64,000 bases of DNA from Octopus sinensis (GCF_006345805.1 NC_043005.1:56296001-56360000), one strand, 5' to 3'; numbered from the stretch's first letter, positions 27,298 to 39,616 are shown. Numbers and translations are program-made. Notes: generated by a model from the sequence alone, not told the origin.

Positions 27298-27418
27298 CCT
27301 TATGTTCAAGCCGTTTCTTTTGTTCTTCTCTCCACAACTTGATTTTCTCAGGTTCTCGGTGGTGTTTATCAACTTGAGCTATAGCAGCATAACCACTTCC
27401 ATCTGTAGGTCCATTAGT
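27298..27418 (-). CDS. Clc: Clathrin light chain, exon 3 (TNGPTDGSGYAAIAQVDKHHREPEKIKLWREEQKKRLEHK)
   Basis: ttgcag| acceptor and G|gttagg donor; 121 nt, phase 0->1. NGPTD..YAAIAQVD and EPEKIKLWREEQ are light-chain hallmarks, including a heavy-chain-binding Trp. Confidence 0.95.
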
Positions 27419-28571
27419 CTGCAAACAAGTTCAATATTCATTCTTTAATACTACAGTATATTACACATCAATTTTCTACCAAAGAAAATGAAAATAAATA
27501 GGAGTCACTGTTATAGAGATACCTAACTTCTTAATGGAAAATCTTACTTCCCATTAACGACACAGTTATTGGAGAATGACAACCCTTAAACTATTCATCA
27601 TCATTATCATAATTTAATGTCTGTTTTCCATGTTGGCATAGGTTGGATGGTTTAACTAGAGCTGGTAAGGCCAGGGTTTGCACCAGGCTGCATTGTCTGT
27701 TCTGGCATGGTTTCTGGGTTCTTTTTATGTGGCACAAGCACCAGTGCTTTTAACATGACACCAACACAAGTGCTTTCTATGTGGTACCAGCACTAGTATC
27801 AATTCTGCTGTGGTGGACAGGTCTTCTTGAGTACAGCGAGGCACCAGACAACTCAGTCCATTGTAATGTCCTTCATAAGGCTCAGTGTCTTGAGATTAGC
27901 CATCAATCATGTGCTACCATCCATGTGATTTAAGGGAAATTTAGCTGCTATATCTACCAGATCAAGGAGGAAGCATTTACTTCAGCAACTCTTAAGCTGA
28001 GTGATAGCAGTTCCTTCATGACATGGGCAGCAAATGTCAAGGGAGCACTAAGTATTTAGAGAGGTTGTGACTTTTCATAGATATAAAATATTTAAGTTAG
28101 GAATAATATTTATATTTTAAATTCATTTTCAAAAAACATCTTTATTGGGATTAAAACAGGAATAAGACAGTTTTATCAGTAAGCAGAAACACAACTGATG
28201 AAGTGCCAAGGTTCAAAATAATTGTATTATATATGTCCTAGCCATCTATACTAATTTTTTTTTAAATCTAACATAAGGAACATTAGTCCACACAAATATC
28301 TAAACAGAGATAATCTGGATGGAATATCATATGGAAATATAGAGAATAAATAAATGTGCAAAATTAGCTTCTGTTTGATTAAAATTTTTTTTTCTTTCTA
28401 TCAAAACATACAAAGAGAACATCTATTAAAAAAAAGTTTGCTGAATTAATTACAAAATGTAAAGGAACACTGAGCTAAATGGTTGTTTAACCTACAAGAA
28501 ATAGTAACCAAACTGGTCTCTACCAAATCCACTCACAAGGCTTTGGTTGGCATGAGGATATAGTAAAAGAC

Positions 28572-28953
28572 GGGGAGGCGCAATGGCCCAGTGGTTAGGC
28601 AGCGGACTCGCGGTCATAGGATCGCGGTTTCGATTCCCAGACCGGGCGTTGTGAGTGTTTATTGAGCGAAAACACCTAAAGCTCCACAAAGCTCTGGCAG
28701 GGGATGGTGGTGATCCCTGCTGTACTCTTTCACCACAACTTTCTCTCACTCTTACTTCCTGTTTCTGTTGTACCTGTATTTCAAAGGGCCAGCCTTGTCA
28801 CTCTCTCTGTCACGCTGAATATCCCCGAGAACTACGTTAAGGGTACACGTGTCTGTGGAGTGCTCAGCCACTTACACGTTAATTTCACGAGCAGCTGTTC
28901 CGTTGATTCGGATCAACCGGAACCCTCATCGTTGTAACCAACGGAGTGCTTCC
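28572..28953 (+). mobile_element. tRNA-derived SINE nested in an older SINE, with 12-bp TSD
   Basis: A box tggcccagtgg, B box ggtttcgattccc; TSD atagtaaaagac at 28560-28571 and 28954-28965. Confidence 0.88.
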
Positions 28954-30113
28954 ATAGTAAAAGACACTTGCTCAAGATGCCATGCAATAGGACTGAACCT
29001 GAAACCATATGGCTGCAAAGCAAGCTTCTTACCACACAGCCACATCTTGGATATTGCAGTCTTAGATATACCATCTCAATAAAAGAAAGAATTGTTACAG
29101 GTGGAATATCTTGAATCCTTATGTCTGTCTGATTACCGATAACCTGGTCTTAAACAACAACTTCATTTTCAGTGCTGTATGTGAGCAATGTAAAGGCACC
29201 TGAGCTGTCAACGATTTTTTTGATAGACTGACTCCATCCAGATTGTTCACAGACATCAGAAGTGTGAAGTATTTAACCAATGTTAGTCTCTGTAAAAGGT
29301 GATCCAGGTCACACAAGAGTATACCAAAAACTCAGACCCCCTAGTCCTTGATTACATAATTTGAGGATAGATTTTAATTAATTATTTTATCTAGGTGTGC
29401 AAGAGTCATAAATTCTGTAGGTGTTTTTCAGCTTTAATAGATAAAAAAAAAACAAGTTGATGGATGTTTTTTTTAAATAAAAGTCTAAAATGAAACTGTT
29501 TGCAATCTAATATGGACACATGGATAAAGTTATACTGGATGTATCAAAGAAGAAAAAATGGGAGAGGATTCTAATGGTTTTTGAGATGTAAGGTTTTATT
29601 AAACAGAAATGAGGAACTGGAAAAAAATTATGAGAAGATGAACTGATCACATTTCTACAAAACATATCTAATTAGCTAAAATGGCAGACATTTGGCAGTA
29701 AAATAGCCAATAGTTAACTTTAAAAACTGGTATAAGGAATCAGATATATGCTTAAAAAAAAACATTAAAATGCATAGTATGTACAGAAACAAAGTTTTAA
29801 ACATTTTTTCCTTGTTCATTAATCTCTGGAATATGTCTTCTAAATCCATACAATTTCTGTGGATTTTCATTTTATGATAATGATAATGAAGCAATTTCTC
29901 AAAAACACTTACAAAACAAAGAAAAAAGAAAATGATCTTTTTAAAACTTTCATTAATGCTGATCAGTATAACTTTTTTAATAACATTCAAAATTAATTTC
30001 TACACATGCAAGTCCTTTCTAAAGGCTACATTCTTATTCATGTAACAATATGTTAACTAAAGATTATTAAGTATTATACATTATAGGATGAAGGAAATAT
30101 GAATCCAGCATAC

Positions 30114-30184
30114 CTGTGGCACATCTGCATCACTCAAACCATTAACTGTTGCACTTGATTCGTCATAGGTGTTAAACCCATCAG
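30114..30184 (-). CDS. Clc: Clathrin light chain, exon 2 (ADGFNTYDESSATVNGLSDADVPQ)
   Basis: ttatag| acceptor and CAG|gtatgc donor. 71 nt, phase 1->0; keeps the frame between exons 1 and 3. Acidic linker with VNG motif. Confidence 0.88.
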
Positions 30185-30699
30185 CTATAATAGAATTAAC
30201 AACAATAACATCATTAAAGCTGAGATATTAGCTTATCAAATACCAGTTTTATTAAATAAGTTGAAAATAGTGGGTGTAAAGGAATAAGTATTATGACTAC
30301 TAATTTTAACCTCTGTTAATATAATTAGAAAATATAAACAGATAACACCAATTATATTCTAATTATAGAAATCAGCAAAACTGAAAATATAAAGCAAGAT
30401 ATGATCAATTAAAAACTGACTTAACACAATTACAAACAGACACATAGATATGTGCATGTGTGTTATTTATTAGGCTATTATATAGGAATAGATAAGAGAG
30501 AAAAATCCTTGCACTATTAATAGTGGAAACCTGAGTGTAGAGAGGACACCTTTAGTCCTGACGCATAATCACTTGTGCTAACAGCACAATACAATACCAT
30601 CAACCCATGCTGTAAAGTGGTTGATTAGAAATGCATTCAGCCAATAAAATCGTGCCAAAATTATGAGTCACAAATACAATGTAAAACTTTAATTTCATA

Positions 30700-31970
30700 T
30701 ACAAGACTAACACTCATCCTGTTAGTTTTGTGTACATTAGTGGGTTCAACAGTTGGGAACATCTGGTCATGTATAACAACTCAGTGACTCTTTATCAAAT
30801 GACTGTACAAACTATTTCATATACGGGAAACATTTTCAAACAACTCATCACAGGATACATCCATCTTCTTGTCAAGTACAAAACCGGTTCACCACCATCA
30901 ACAATACATCTGAAGAGACCATATAGATATGCAGGAGGGGGAAAAAGTTTTACAACAGCCATTTTGGTTCCACCTATTTGGTGTTAATGAGTTGATACTA
31001 ACATAGTTGACATCAGATATTCTGTCCCTAGGACTTTTGAAGTTGTAACAATTTCGTTTTGATGGACATCCATATTCTGAGGGATGGCAAAGCCTTTGAC
31101 AGTCCAACTAGCTAGAGTTGACTCCAATTCCTGAGCCACATCTGGTTCAACCATCCCATGGAGTATCTTGCTGATGAGAGTATGGCTGGAGTAGACGAAA
31201 GAAAGATAGCCATCAGAACCAGGTCCACTGACTCTGACAGGCAGTTTAGCCTGTTGCCAGCCAGTACTGTCAAAACTAATATTGCCAATCAATTCAGACC
31301 AGCACCAAATAGTGTTATCAAAATCACTGAAGTGGTCTCTGAGCGAGTGACTTGGCACACTACATAGTGAGAAAAGGCAGAGCAAAGCAATTCCTCAAGA
31401 TGAAGAGTGCCAGGTCTGCGTCAATGAGGCACAATCTCTTGGTCATCTTGAACAAATCCGCAAGCTTGGTCTCCAGGCACTCTGTTATGGCTTTCAAGAG
31501 GACTGGGAACCAAGAATGAAGTCAGAATCCTTTGGTGTCGGCTGAGCCTCCACCAAGACAGACTGAATGTTGAGTATGGCATCCCGAAATTTGGCCTCAC
31601 CACAACTCACATTTATCACCTCTGACTCGGACAGGTTGATCTCAAGCCCAAGTAGCTTAGTGCTGGGATAATCTGCTGAAGGTCCCCAAGGTACTAGACT
31701 TTGAAGGGTGAGCATACTGATCAGGCAACATTGTCAACAGCCAATGTAAAAAAAGTGGATCTAGAGGGTCACCCTGCTAGACACCTGTAAAAAAAGCGAC
31801 CCTGTTGTCAGCAGCCATGAGTGAGCTGGGTGTACTATAGTAGCAGTATATATAAGTGGATGTAATAAGGGAGCACATCTTAGACACGTCTCTAAGGTGT
31901 GGTCACATCTGAAGCTGTTGAAGGTCTGTTTTCTTAAATTCAGCTTCAGCAGGAGCCAAGGTGACAAGAT
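30700..31970 (-). mobile_element. Decayed CRE-clade non-LTR retrotransposon (RT region)
   Basis: Frameshifted remnants FNSFRCDHTLE..LRCAPLLHPLIY, LGLEINLSESEVI and GWQQAKLPVRVSGPG resemble CRE RT motifs FNS.RRD.ML, LGL.LN..KSE and W.QA.LPVR.GGLG. Confidence 0.7.
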
Positions 31971-33089
31971 TAACTGTTATAATTTAAAATATGATCTGTT
32001 GTATAACTGACTGTAGAAATAAAGCATATGTTTCATTTTGTTTATATTCTAGTTGACAACTAGTAGACACACCTACTAAAATACCTGGTTGCTAAACTTC
32101 ATTTAATTTTCCGCTCTACTTTATATACATGAGGTTTAGTGAAATAGTGACAAAATGTGGAAAGGAAAAAATTTTACCACAATGGATTTCTGTAAATCTT
32201 TGATAAAACAGAACCAACAGTGAATTTAAATCCTGGCATTGTAAGCAGAAAAAAAATCAGAGAGAGTGAAACACTAAGATGTATTGCTACAAACATGACT
32301 CTCTCTCCCTATTTATTTGTATTCTATCATTAAACATATGTAAAGAGGAGACATGTTTATAGCATTTAGGGCCATTTAACAAATTTTATTGTTTCTCTCA
32401 TTTTTTCTCTTTCTCTCTATGATCATGTATGTGAGTAGGTTTATTTTTATGCGTTTGAGGAGGGAGAAAGTGTTTATACTAATTGAGTTCAATTAATAAA
32501 TTGTAATGCCTCTCTTTGCATTGTTTGTACGTATGTATACACATATTTCTGCATGTGCATACTTGTTTGCCTCCTGTAATAAAAAAAAAAACAGTTTCCA
32601 CAAAAGCCATCACCAAAACAGGTTCAATGTCCAGTCAGTCATGTCAAATCACCAGCATTCAAAGAACCATGCCCAATCATCTCATTCTGTGCTGGAGAAG
32701 AGGTAGGGAGATGCGTGCTGTGTTCAAGAAGATGAGAAGAGCTTCCACCAGGATATATAGGATAACATCATTATGCCTACTCCAATGTCATATTCATAGC
32801 TTCCATGAACAGACCATGGAAGCTATGAATGTAGTACAATAAATGAAGCAAGGAACCTGGTACAAATGATGTAACTGTTTGCATCGTAAACTTTAAAAAA
32901 TTAGCCAGCCACATAATAGCCAATTAATCAGAGGAATATGCAAACTAGGTTGACTTCTTACACAAGAATTAAGAATAAACAACTGGTTATGAATACCAAG
33001 TCTCCATCACTCAATCAACTAGTAATCAGCTAACTCAGAATAAGAGTTAGAGAGCTCAAAAAAACTGAGCTATCTCTCCATAACCAGAA

Positions 33090-33345
33090 AATACTTCGTC
33101 CCTTGACTATTACTAACATTCTACAAAGATCAGATGAGGTTCAAAGTAGAGTGTTTCTCCTACAAAAGATAATATTGCTGCAACACATATACACTCACTT
33201 ATATATTAGCCTGCATCCAGAGAAAGTCATTCAACTGACTGGCATACGGTCTCTCAAAGACACACTGCAGCTCCAGGCTCACAAGCATGCTGTCTCCTCT
33301 CTGCCTTTTCAACCCTTATTACAATTGCTTCTATTTCTCAAATGA
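33090..33345 (+). mobile_element. CR1-like LINE RT C-terminal fragment
   Basis: LTFYK.Q.R.KVEC ... IQLTG..SLKDTLQ.QAHKHAVSSL remnants. Confidence 0.55.
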
Positions 33346-33769
33346 ATCACTTGAAAAATTAGAGAATTCCAAACATGGGAACAAAACCCCAAAATATCCC
33401 TAAAAAACACAAAAGTTTTAGGCAACTGGAAAGAAAATAAGCTTCTACTCCCATCAGAGAAAATGGCCATGCTCAATATGCACAAAGAGTAGACAGGAAT
33501 TTTGTATTATGTACTAAATGTGAACTACAAGTGCAGAGTGATCACAGACAAGCTGATAGAGAAGACTTTGTATGTAGAGGATTCATAGGAATGGCTAACA
33601 GTAGGCAGATCTCCCATAAAATGAACTTTCTCAAAATTACACTGGTGATCTAATAAGTAGTAGAGGTAGGTGTTTGAAAATCACAATAGTTAAAGTAAGA
33701 ATAAAGAGGAATAAGTTTAGAGAGCTATTCTGGTGGCAATAAAAGGATTCTGAGTGAACAGTAGCTTGT

Positions 33770-34120
33770 ACAATGCTTATGTATGAAGTGTAATGTTGCA
33801 TGTTAGTGAAACATGAACATGGAATGCCGAGGGTGTGCTAAGACTGGAAAGAAATGAAGTAAGCATGCTCTGCTAGATGTGCAATGTCAGTGTGATTGTA
33901 TGATAGAGCACAAATGAGCCAAGAAAAGTATTGGTTATGAGATTTAAATTTGGTGTGCAAGATAGAAGACTGTGCTATTATGAAGATGTGATGACCTAGA
34001 GAATTATAGTTAGATTAATAAGTGTCAAGTGGAAAGAACAAGCAGAAGAGGGAAGTCCTCAGAAGGCCAAACTTTATGACAAAAGACCACAACAGATGAA
34101 AAAAAACACTGAGCTAGAGG
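33770..34120 (+). mobile_element. Decayed RTE LINE C-terminal fragment
   Basis: ETW...LRLERNEVSML..MCNVSV ... RRL.Y ... G.P.K remnants. Confidence 0.65.
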
Positions 34121-34220
34121 TGGTTTCTCTAACTTATGCCAGTATAGTGAAGCAGGCATGAAAAACAAAAAAAAAAAAAAGAAACGATGTAGTTATCTGT
34201 CCAGATATTATATCAGGATA

Positions 34221-35057
34221 CATGGTCTGATCAATACGTATCTGGACTGTTGCCATAGTAACAAAACTAAAGCCCACAGAGTAAAGCTGGTATGCACAGA
34301 TGGACTTTGAACTCTGTTGTGCATGTGCACTAAGTTTTAAAGCTCTAGTTCACTTCTGCTGTTTACAGCAGTGCTTGGAAGGAAGGTGTGTAGCATGTGG
34401 TCGTTGCATTGATCATGACAGAGAAAGTTGAGCAGAGAATCTGCATCAAATTTTACCAAAAGCTTGGTGATACCTGCTCAGAGGCCTATGCAAAGTTTTC
34501 AAAAAGTTTTTGTCATTCTCGACATAATCAAGATCTTGCACAACCAAAACCCCAAGTACCTTTTTTTGTCAACTAAAAGCAATTTTGGCACAAACTTGGC
34601 AGACATGCATCTCATACCCAAATCTTCAGTGAGAGTGAACTGAACCGTAACTAATCTGCACACCCTCTAATAACTCACATATGGTGATTCGGCAATTTCC
34701 CCTCACAGCTGCACACATGTATGCAATGTTTTTCTCAGTTCTGCTGGTTGCAGGTCTCCCAGAACGTTCATCACTAGCAACATCTTTATGGCTATCTTGG
34801 AGACGTCTGAACCACTTCTGTGCAACTCATACGCTTTCTGAGCAAGTATCGCCATGACAACTTCCTCTGTCATGGTCACTGCGACGATCGCATGCTAAAC
34901 ACCTTCCTTCTGATCACTGCTGTAAACAGAAGTGAGTTAGAATGTTAAAACTTAGTGTGTATGCACAGCAGAGTTCAAGGTCAATCTGTGTTAGGTGGCT
35001 TCACTCTGCGTGCTTTAACTTCGTTACTATGGCAACAGTCTGGATACTTATTGTCAG
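34221..35057 (-). mobile_element. Mariner-derived non-autonomous element with about 200-bp inverted arms
   Basis: TA at 34219-34220. Terminus catggtctgatcaatacgtatctggactgttgccatagtaac is mirrored at about 35020-35057. Transposase remnants: EQRICIKF, DERSGRP, AKFVPKLL. Confidence 0.85.
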
Positions 35058-35395
35058 GTAAGTGACAACTATGTAGAAGCTAATAATTTTTCACAAAATA
35101 CACTTCTATTCGATATGACGGTAAAGTGGTTACATTAATTTTCAACAGATAGCAGAATATAAATAATCTAATACTAGTCAATGAATGGTATGCTGACTTT
35201 TCGATCATGCCCTAAATTAGAAAATACATCGCACCTTTTGACAGGTTGAATCAGGGTTTAATCCGTTCTTTTTTCTTCTTTTTCACTCGTTTATATGAGA
35301 ACATTTTAAGTAGGAATTAGTAAATATTAATTCACTGACAGTCAATATCCTATCTGAATATTAAAAAGACAGAGGAATGCCAGACTATTTCAGAG

Positions 35396-36059
35396 AGAGG
35401 CAGAAAATGATTAGCTTATGTTGTGAGAAGAGTTAGTGCACTAGAGTTAATTCGGTCAGTTTTTAACAACTTTAACTGCTACGTACCTGTGGTTGGAGGA
35501 GTAACATCTGCAACAGGGGGTTGTCATCTTCAAGACCTATATATATATATATGTGTGTGTGGTCAGTAAAAAGATCAAGGAGTTGGAGACTAATGTAAAG
35601 GTCCCATCAGAAGTCTGATAAGGAGAAATTCGACGAGAAAAAAATTGTTATCTAATTAATTACCCACCAAAGTTGTAGGAACTTGCCACAATTCATTGGA
35701 AAGGGTAAATTTTTTATCATTTGAACCAGAGGCAGAAAATGATGAGCTTATGTTGTGAGAAGAGTTAGTGCACTAGAGTTAATTCGATCAGTTTTGAACA
35801 ACTTTAACTGCTACGTACCTGTGGTTGGAGGAGTAACATCTGCAACAGGGGGGTTGTCATCTTCAAGACCTATATATATATGTGTGTGTGGTCAGTAAAA
35901 AGATCAAGGAGTTATAGACTAATGTACAGGCCCCATCAGAAGTCTGATAAGGAGAAATTCGACGAGAAAAAAATTGTTATCTAATTAATTACCCACCTAA
36001 GTTGTAGGAACTTGCCACACTTCAAAGGGAAAGGGTAAATTTTTTATCATTTGAACCAG
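35396..36059. repeat. Tandem duplication, 2 x 332 bp, each unit carrying a copy of the Clc exon 1 3' end and donor
   Basis: agaggcagaaaatga begins at 35396 and 35728. The units differ by several substitutions and small indels. Confidence 0.92.
35819..35869 (-). CDS. Clc: Candidate 51-nt cassette exon derived from the duplicated 3' end of Clc exon 1 (GLEDDNPPVADVTPPTT)
   Basis: Homologous to 37266-37316, with tatag| acceptor and CAG|gtacgt donor; phase 1-1, frame intact. Pyrimidine tract is weak. Confidence 0.4.
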
Positions 36060-36506
36060 CTTCAGCTCTAACAACTCCCATTTTTTTTTTAACTCTACTT
36101 CCTTGCTCTTGAAGATAATGGTGGAGATGATTGTGTTCGCACGATTTTTTTTCTTTTTTGTATTCTATCTAGTTGTAAATTAGCTTTATACACAAGCACA
36201 CATCAGGAAGTGACGAGGTGGCACACATCATTGAACGAGAAAGTAAAATTAAAGAAAGCTAATTCACATTAGCAAAGTTGGTAAAAATCGATGGAAAGTG
36301 TTATGTTAATCAGGAATAAATACATCATTCTCTGCAGAAGGAATATCCGGGGAAAAAAATAGAACTAACTAATGCTTTGGGGGATTTTTTTTCGGGGTTA
36401 TAAGGAGAGGGCGGGGCTGTTCCAAGCATGTGACTACACTCGCCGCCCCCAGTAGATAAATTAGTAATTATCTTTGGTGAATTAAAGAAATCGATTAAAC
36501 AACGAC

Positions 36507-36563
<57 letters not shown>

Positions 36564-36708
36564 CATGCTTACATAAGTAAAATACATTTTATGAGACATT
36601 TTTATTCGACTTGTAGGTGTTGAAATCGTATAAGAATTAGTGGTCAAATATACAGCTGATCATAAAATGCCCCTCAGACCATTATTGCTACATACATAAA
36701 GATTCATA

Positions 36709-36759
<51 letters not shown>

Positions 36760-37265
36760 GATCTGCGTGTGTTACTTATCAGAATATAAGAAATGTATGG
36801 GATGGGTTTCAGACACGAAGTGAGGTATCTATTTAGAGGCGAATAACTTTTTTACTAATTAGCTTTCGGTTCAGTATGTTATTGAAATAGCACACTAATT
36901 TTCAACAGGCAGATCAATATTACAAGCAATTCACTGATAGTCAACGAATGACAACGACTATTTTCGATCATCAGCTACAAATATATATATATATGTATAT
37001 TCATACATTGAACTTGTATCACGCCATCTGACAGGTTGTTTCAGATTTTAGTGTTCTTTTTCTCGATAGCATTTTAAATAAGAATTTAGAGAATATTAAT
37101 TCAATTGCGACTGAACAGTCAAGACAAATAATATAAACGAATGACTAATAGATCGAATATTTATGTATTTCAGAAATGTAACATGAAATAATGGGCGTAC
37201 ATTTTGAGGGGAGTATCTGGAAGATCTCAATTCGGTCAGTTTAAACAACTATAACAGCAACGTAC

Positions 37266-37413
37266 CTGCAGTAGGTTGAGGGGCATCTGCAACGGGAAAG
37301 TTGTCGTCTTCAAGACCTGCGAGTTCTGTCTGTTCACGAGCTAAAAAGTCAGCAGCAGGGTCTTCTTCGACATTTCCATCACCAGCAGACTCGAAATTCT
37401 CGAAATCAGCCAT
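37266..37413 (-). CDS. Clc: Clathrin light chain, coding exon 1 (MADFENFESAGDGNVEEDPAADFLAREQTELAGLEDDNFPVADAPQPTA)
   Basis: ATG at 37413. EEDPAADFLAREQTELAGLE matches the conserved N-terminal light-chain segment (human EEDPAAAFLAQQESEIAGIE). Ends CAG|gtacgt; 148 nt, phase 1. Confidence 0.95.
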
Positions 37414-37852
37414 TTTGTGAGAATGAAATACGTCAGACAAACACAATCGGCAGTTTCCGTAATCTACCGTCGATTTTCGGCAAAGTGTTCTGATTGGTCT
37501 TATTATCTAACATCGTGATGCACTCAAAACATTTTTCGAATGCGTCCATAGAAACATCCAAAATATGGAATTTTATTGATTGAAAATTACATACTATTAT
37601 ATTTAAGAGATTTACCGTAAAAAAATAATAATGGCAGTGAAATGTTCGTTATTATATCATTGACTATGGCACCAAAAAGTGAAATTTAGCATGAAGTTAG
37701 GTAATAGTGCATCATGACACACCATCAAAACAAAGTCTAAATATAGCACACGCCAAACGTGAGGTGACTTGTAAATATTTCATAACAACTCCTGGGTTAG
37801 CTATTACTTAAAACTCTCTGAATTGTTTACAAAAACGAGCGATGCACTAAAG
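37414..37852. promoter_or_regulatory. Shared (bidirectional) promoter region between Clc and TBCEL
   Basis: Divergent ATGs with 439 bp between them, locally CpG-rich, ATTGG (CCAAT box) at 37493-37497. Confidence 0.7.
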
Positions 37853-38071
37853 ATGGAAACTTGTGTTGAAATATCACGTCAGATCGCTTCTTTGGAATCG
37901 GAGAAAAACAATGTTTACAAGAAATCTTTTACAGATGCTTTGAGAGAAAAATACGGCAGTGGCGATAAAGACTGTAATTACATTGTTGATGGTGTCTTTA
38001 TCAACCTTGTTGTAGGCAGGTCGCCTTCCAAGAACGGTTCCGACGCCGAGTTTGCCCACCTTCGTAATGTG
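37853..38071 (+). CDS. TBCEL: TBCE-like (TBCEL), first coding exon (METCVEIS...KKSFTDALREKYGSGD...GRSPSKNGSDAEFAHLRNV)
   Basis: SFTDALREKY and SPSK resemble human TBCEL SFMQVLCEKY / SPMK. GTG|gtaaga donor, 219 nt, phase 0, joins in frame to 61706. The exact start codon is uncertain. Confidence 0.85.
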
Positions 38072-38114
38072 GTAAGAATTACTAAAACTACCTCACAATT
38101 AACACTACATAATA

Positions 38115-38251
38115 TATGTGTGTGTGTACGAATGTATGTTTATGTGTGTGCATATGTGTGTGTGTACGGTTTATGTGTGTGCATATGTGTGTGTGTGTAC
38201 GAATGTATGTTTATGTGTGTGCATATGTGTGTGTGTACGAATGTATGTTTA

Positions 38252-38302
<51 letters not shown>

Positions 38303-38397
38303 GTATATATATATTTATATATATATATAGATAGATAGATAGATAGATATACATACATACATATATATATAGATATATATATATATATATGCATATA

Positions 38398-38464
<67 letters not shown>

Positions 38465-38465
38465 G
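38115..38465. repeat. GT-rich minisatellite (gtgtgtgtacgaatgtatgtttatgtgtgtgcatat) followed by (TA)n/(GATA)n
   Basis: Direct reading; starts about 45 nt after the TBCEL exon 1 donor. Confidence 0.9.
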
Positions 38466-39357
38466 TTTAATTTAGTACTGATGACTATTAATTTTCGTGC
38501 GTGTGCGCGCACACACACACACACACAGAAATAATTTGGTATTTTAAATTATGGCTATTAAAAACATTAGCGAACATTACATACACACACACACAACACA
38601 CACACGCACACACACACACACAATCAAAATGCAGGTCAGATAGGAGGCTATACGTGGTTGCTCGATGTGCTAGAAATAGCAACCAAAGTTCCCTTAAACC
38701 ATAGCCTTCTAACTTTAAAAAAAAATTAAGGACATATTGGTCATTTTAGTTTTATATACACGTCTAGATAAAAAAAAAATATTTAAAAAATTACAGGGTG
38801 GTCGTATCTGGAAAAACTTTTGATACTAGGTCTAAGCTGACCTGAAACTAAACGAGATATCTGAAAGCAACACCAATAAACACACCCGAACAGGAACAAT
38901 GTTCTTGTTGCCTTAAGGACGAATTGGCGATCGACGAATTATTATCATTATTTATTATCATCGTTATTATTATTTCTGAAAATATGCTGACTTTTCGTTT
39001 CATTATCGTTTAAAATAGTAAAAATAACCTTGTGTTTATTTATATGCCTAGTTCCATCAATACTTCCCAAAAGGTAATCATAGATTTGTCTGTTGCTTCA
39101 GTTTCTGCACAGTTTGGCTATTGCAGGAATTGTCTTATTGTTTACTATTTTTAATCTTTGTTTTTCTTTTCTTAGAATAGGCGTTTATCTGTTTTGTACT
39201 TGTCGTTAAACTATACAAGTTCAGCATACGACACACACACACATATACAGATGCACAAACATACACACAGAGGCACATATATATACATGCATGGAGGTGC
39301 ACTCATACAGACACACACACACTTTCATAATGTGTATACATATTCTGCTTATATATT

Positions 39358-39424
39358 TTAGATAGATAGATAGATAGAGATAGGTAGATAGAGATAGATA
39401 GATAGATAGATAGATAGAGATAGG

Positions 39425-39484
<60 letters not shown>

Positions 39485-39583
39485 GATAGGTAGATAGATA
39501 GAGATAGATAGATAGAGATAGGTAGATAGATAGAGATAGATAGATAGAGATAGATAGATAGAGATAGGTAGATAGATAGATAG

Positions 39584-39616
<33 letters not shown>

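Noticed and set aside
31171-31205. CTGATGA...GAAA motif
   Set aside because: No stem II pairing; lies antisense within the CRE RT remnant.
38072-38338. Continuation of the 171-aa TBCEL ORF
   Set aside because: Lies beyond the GTG|gtaaga donor and runs into GT/TA repeats; intronic.
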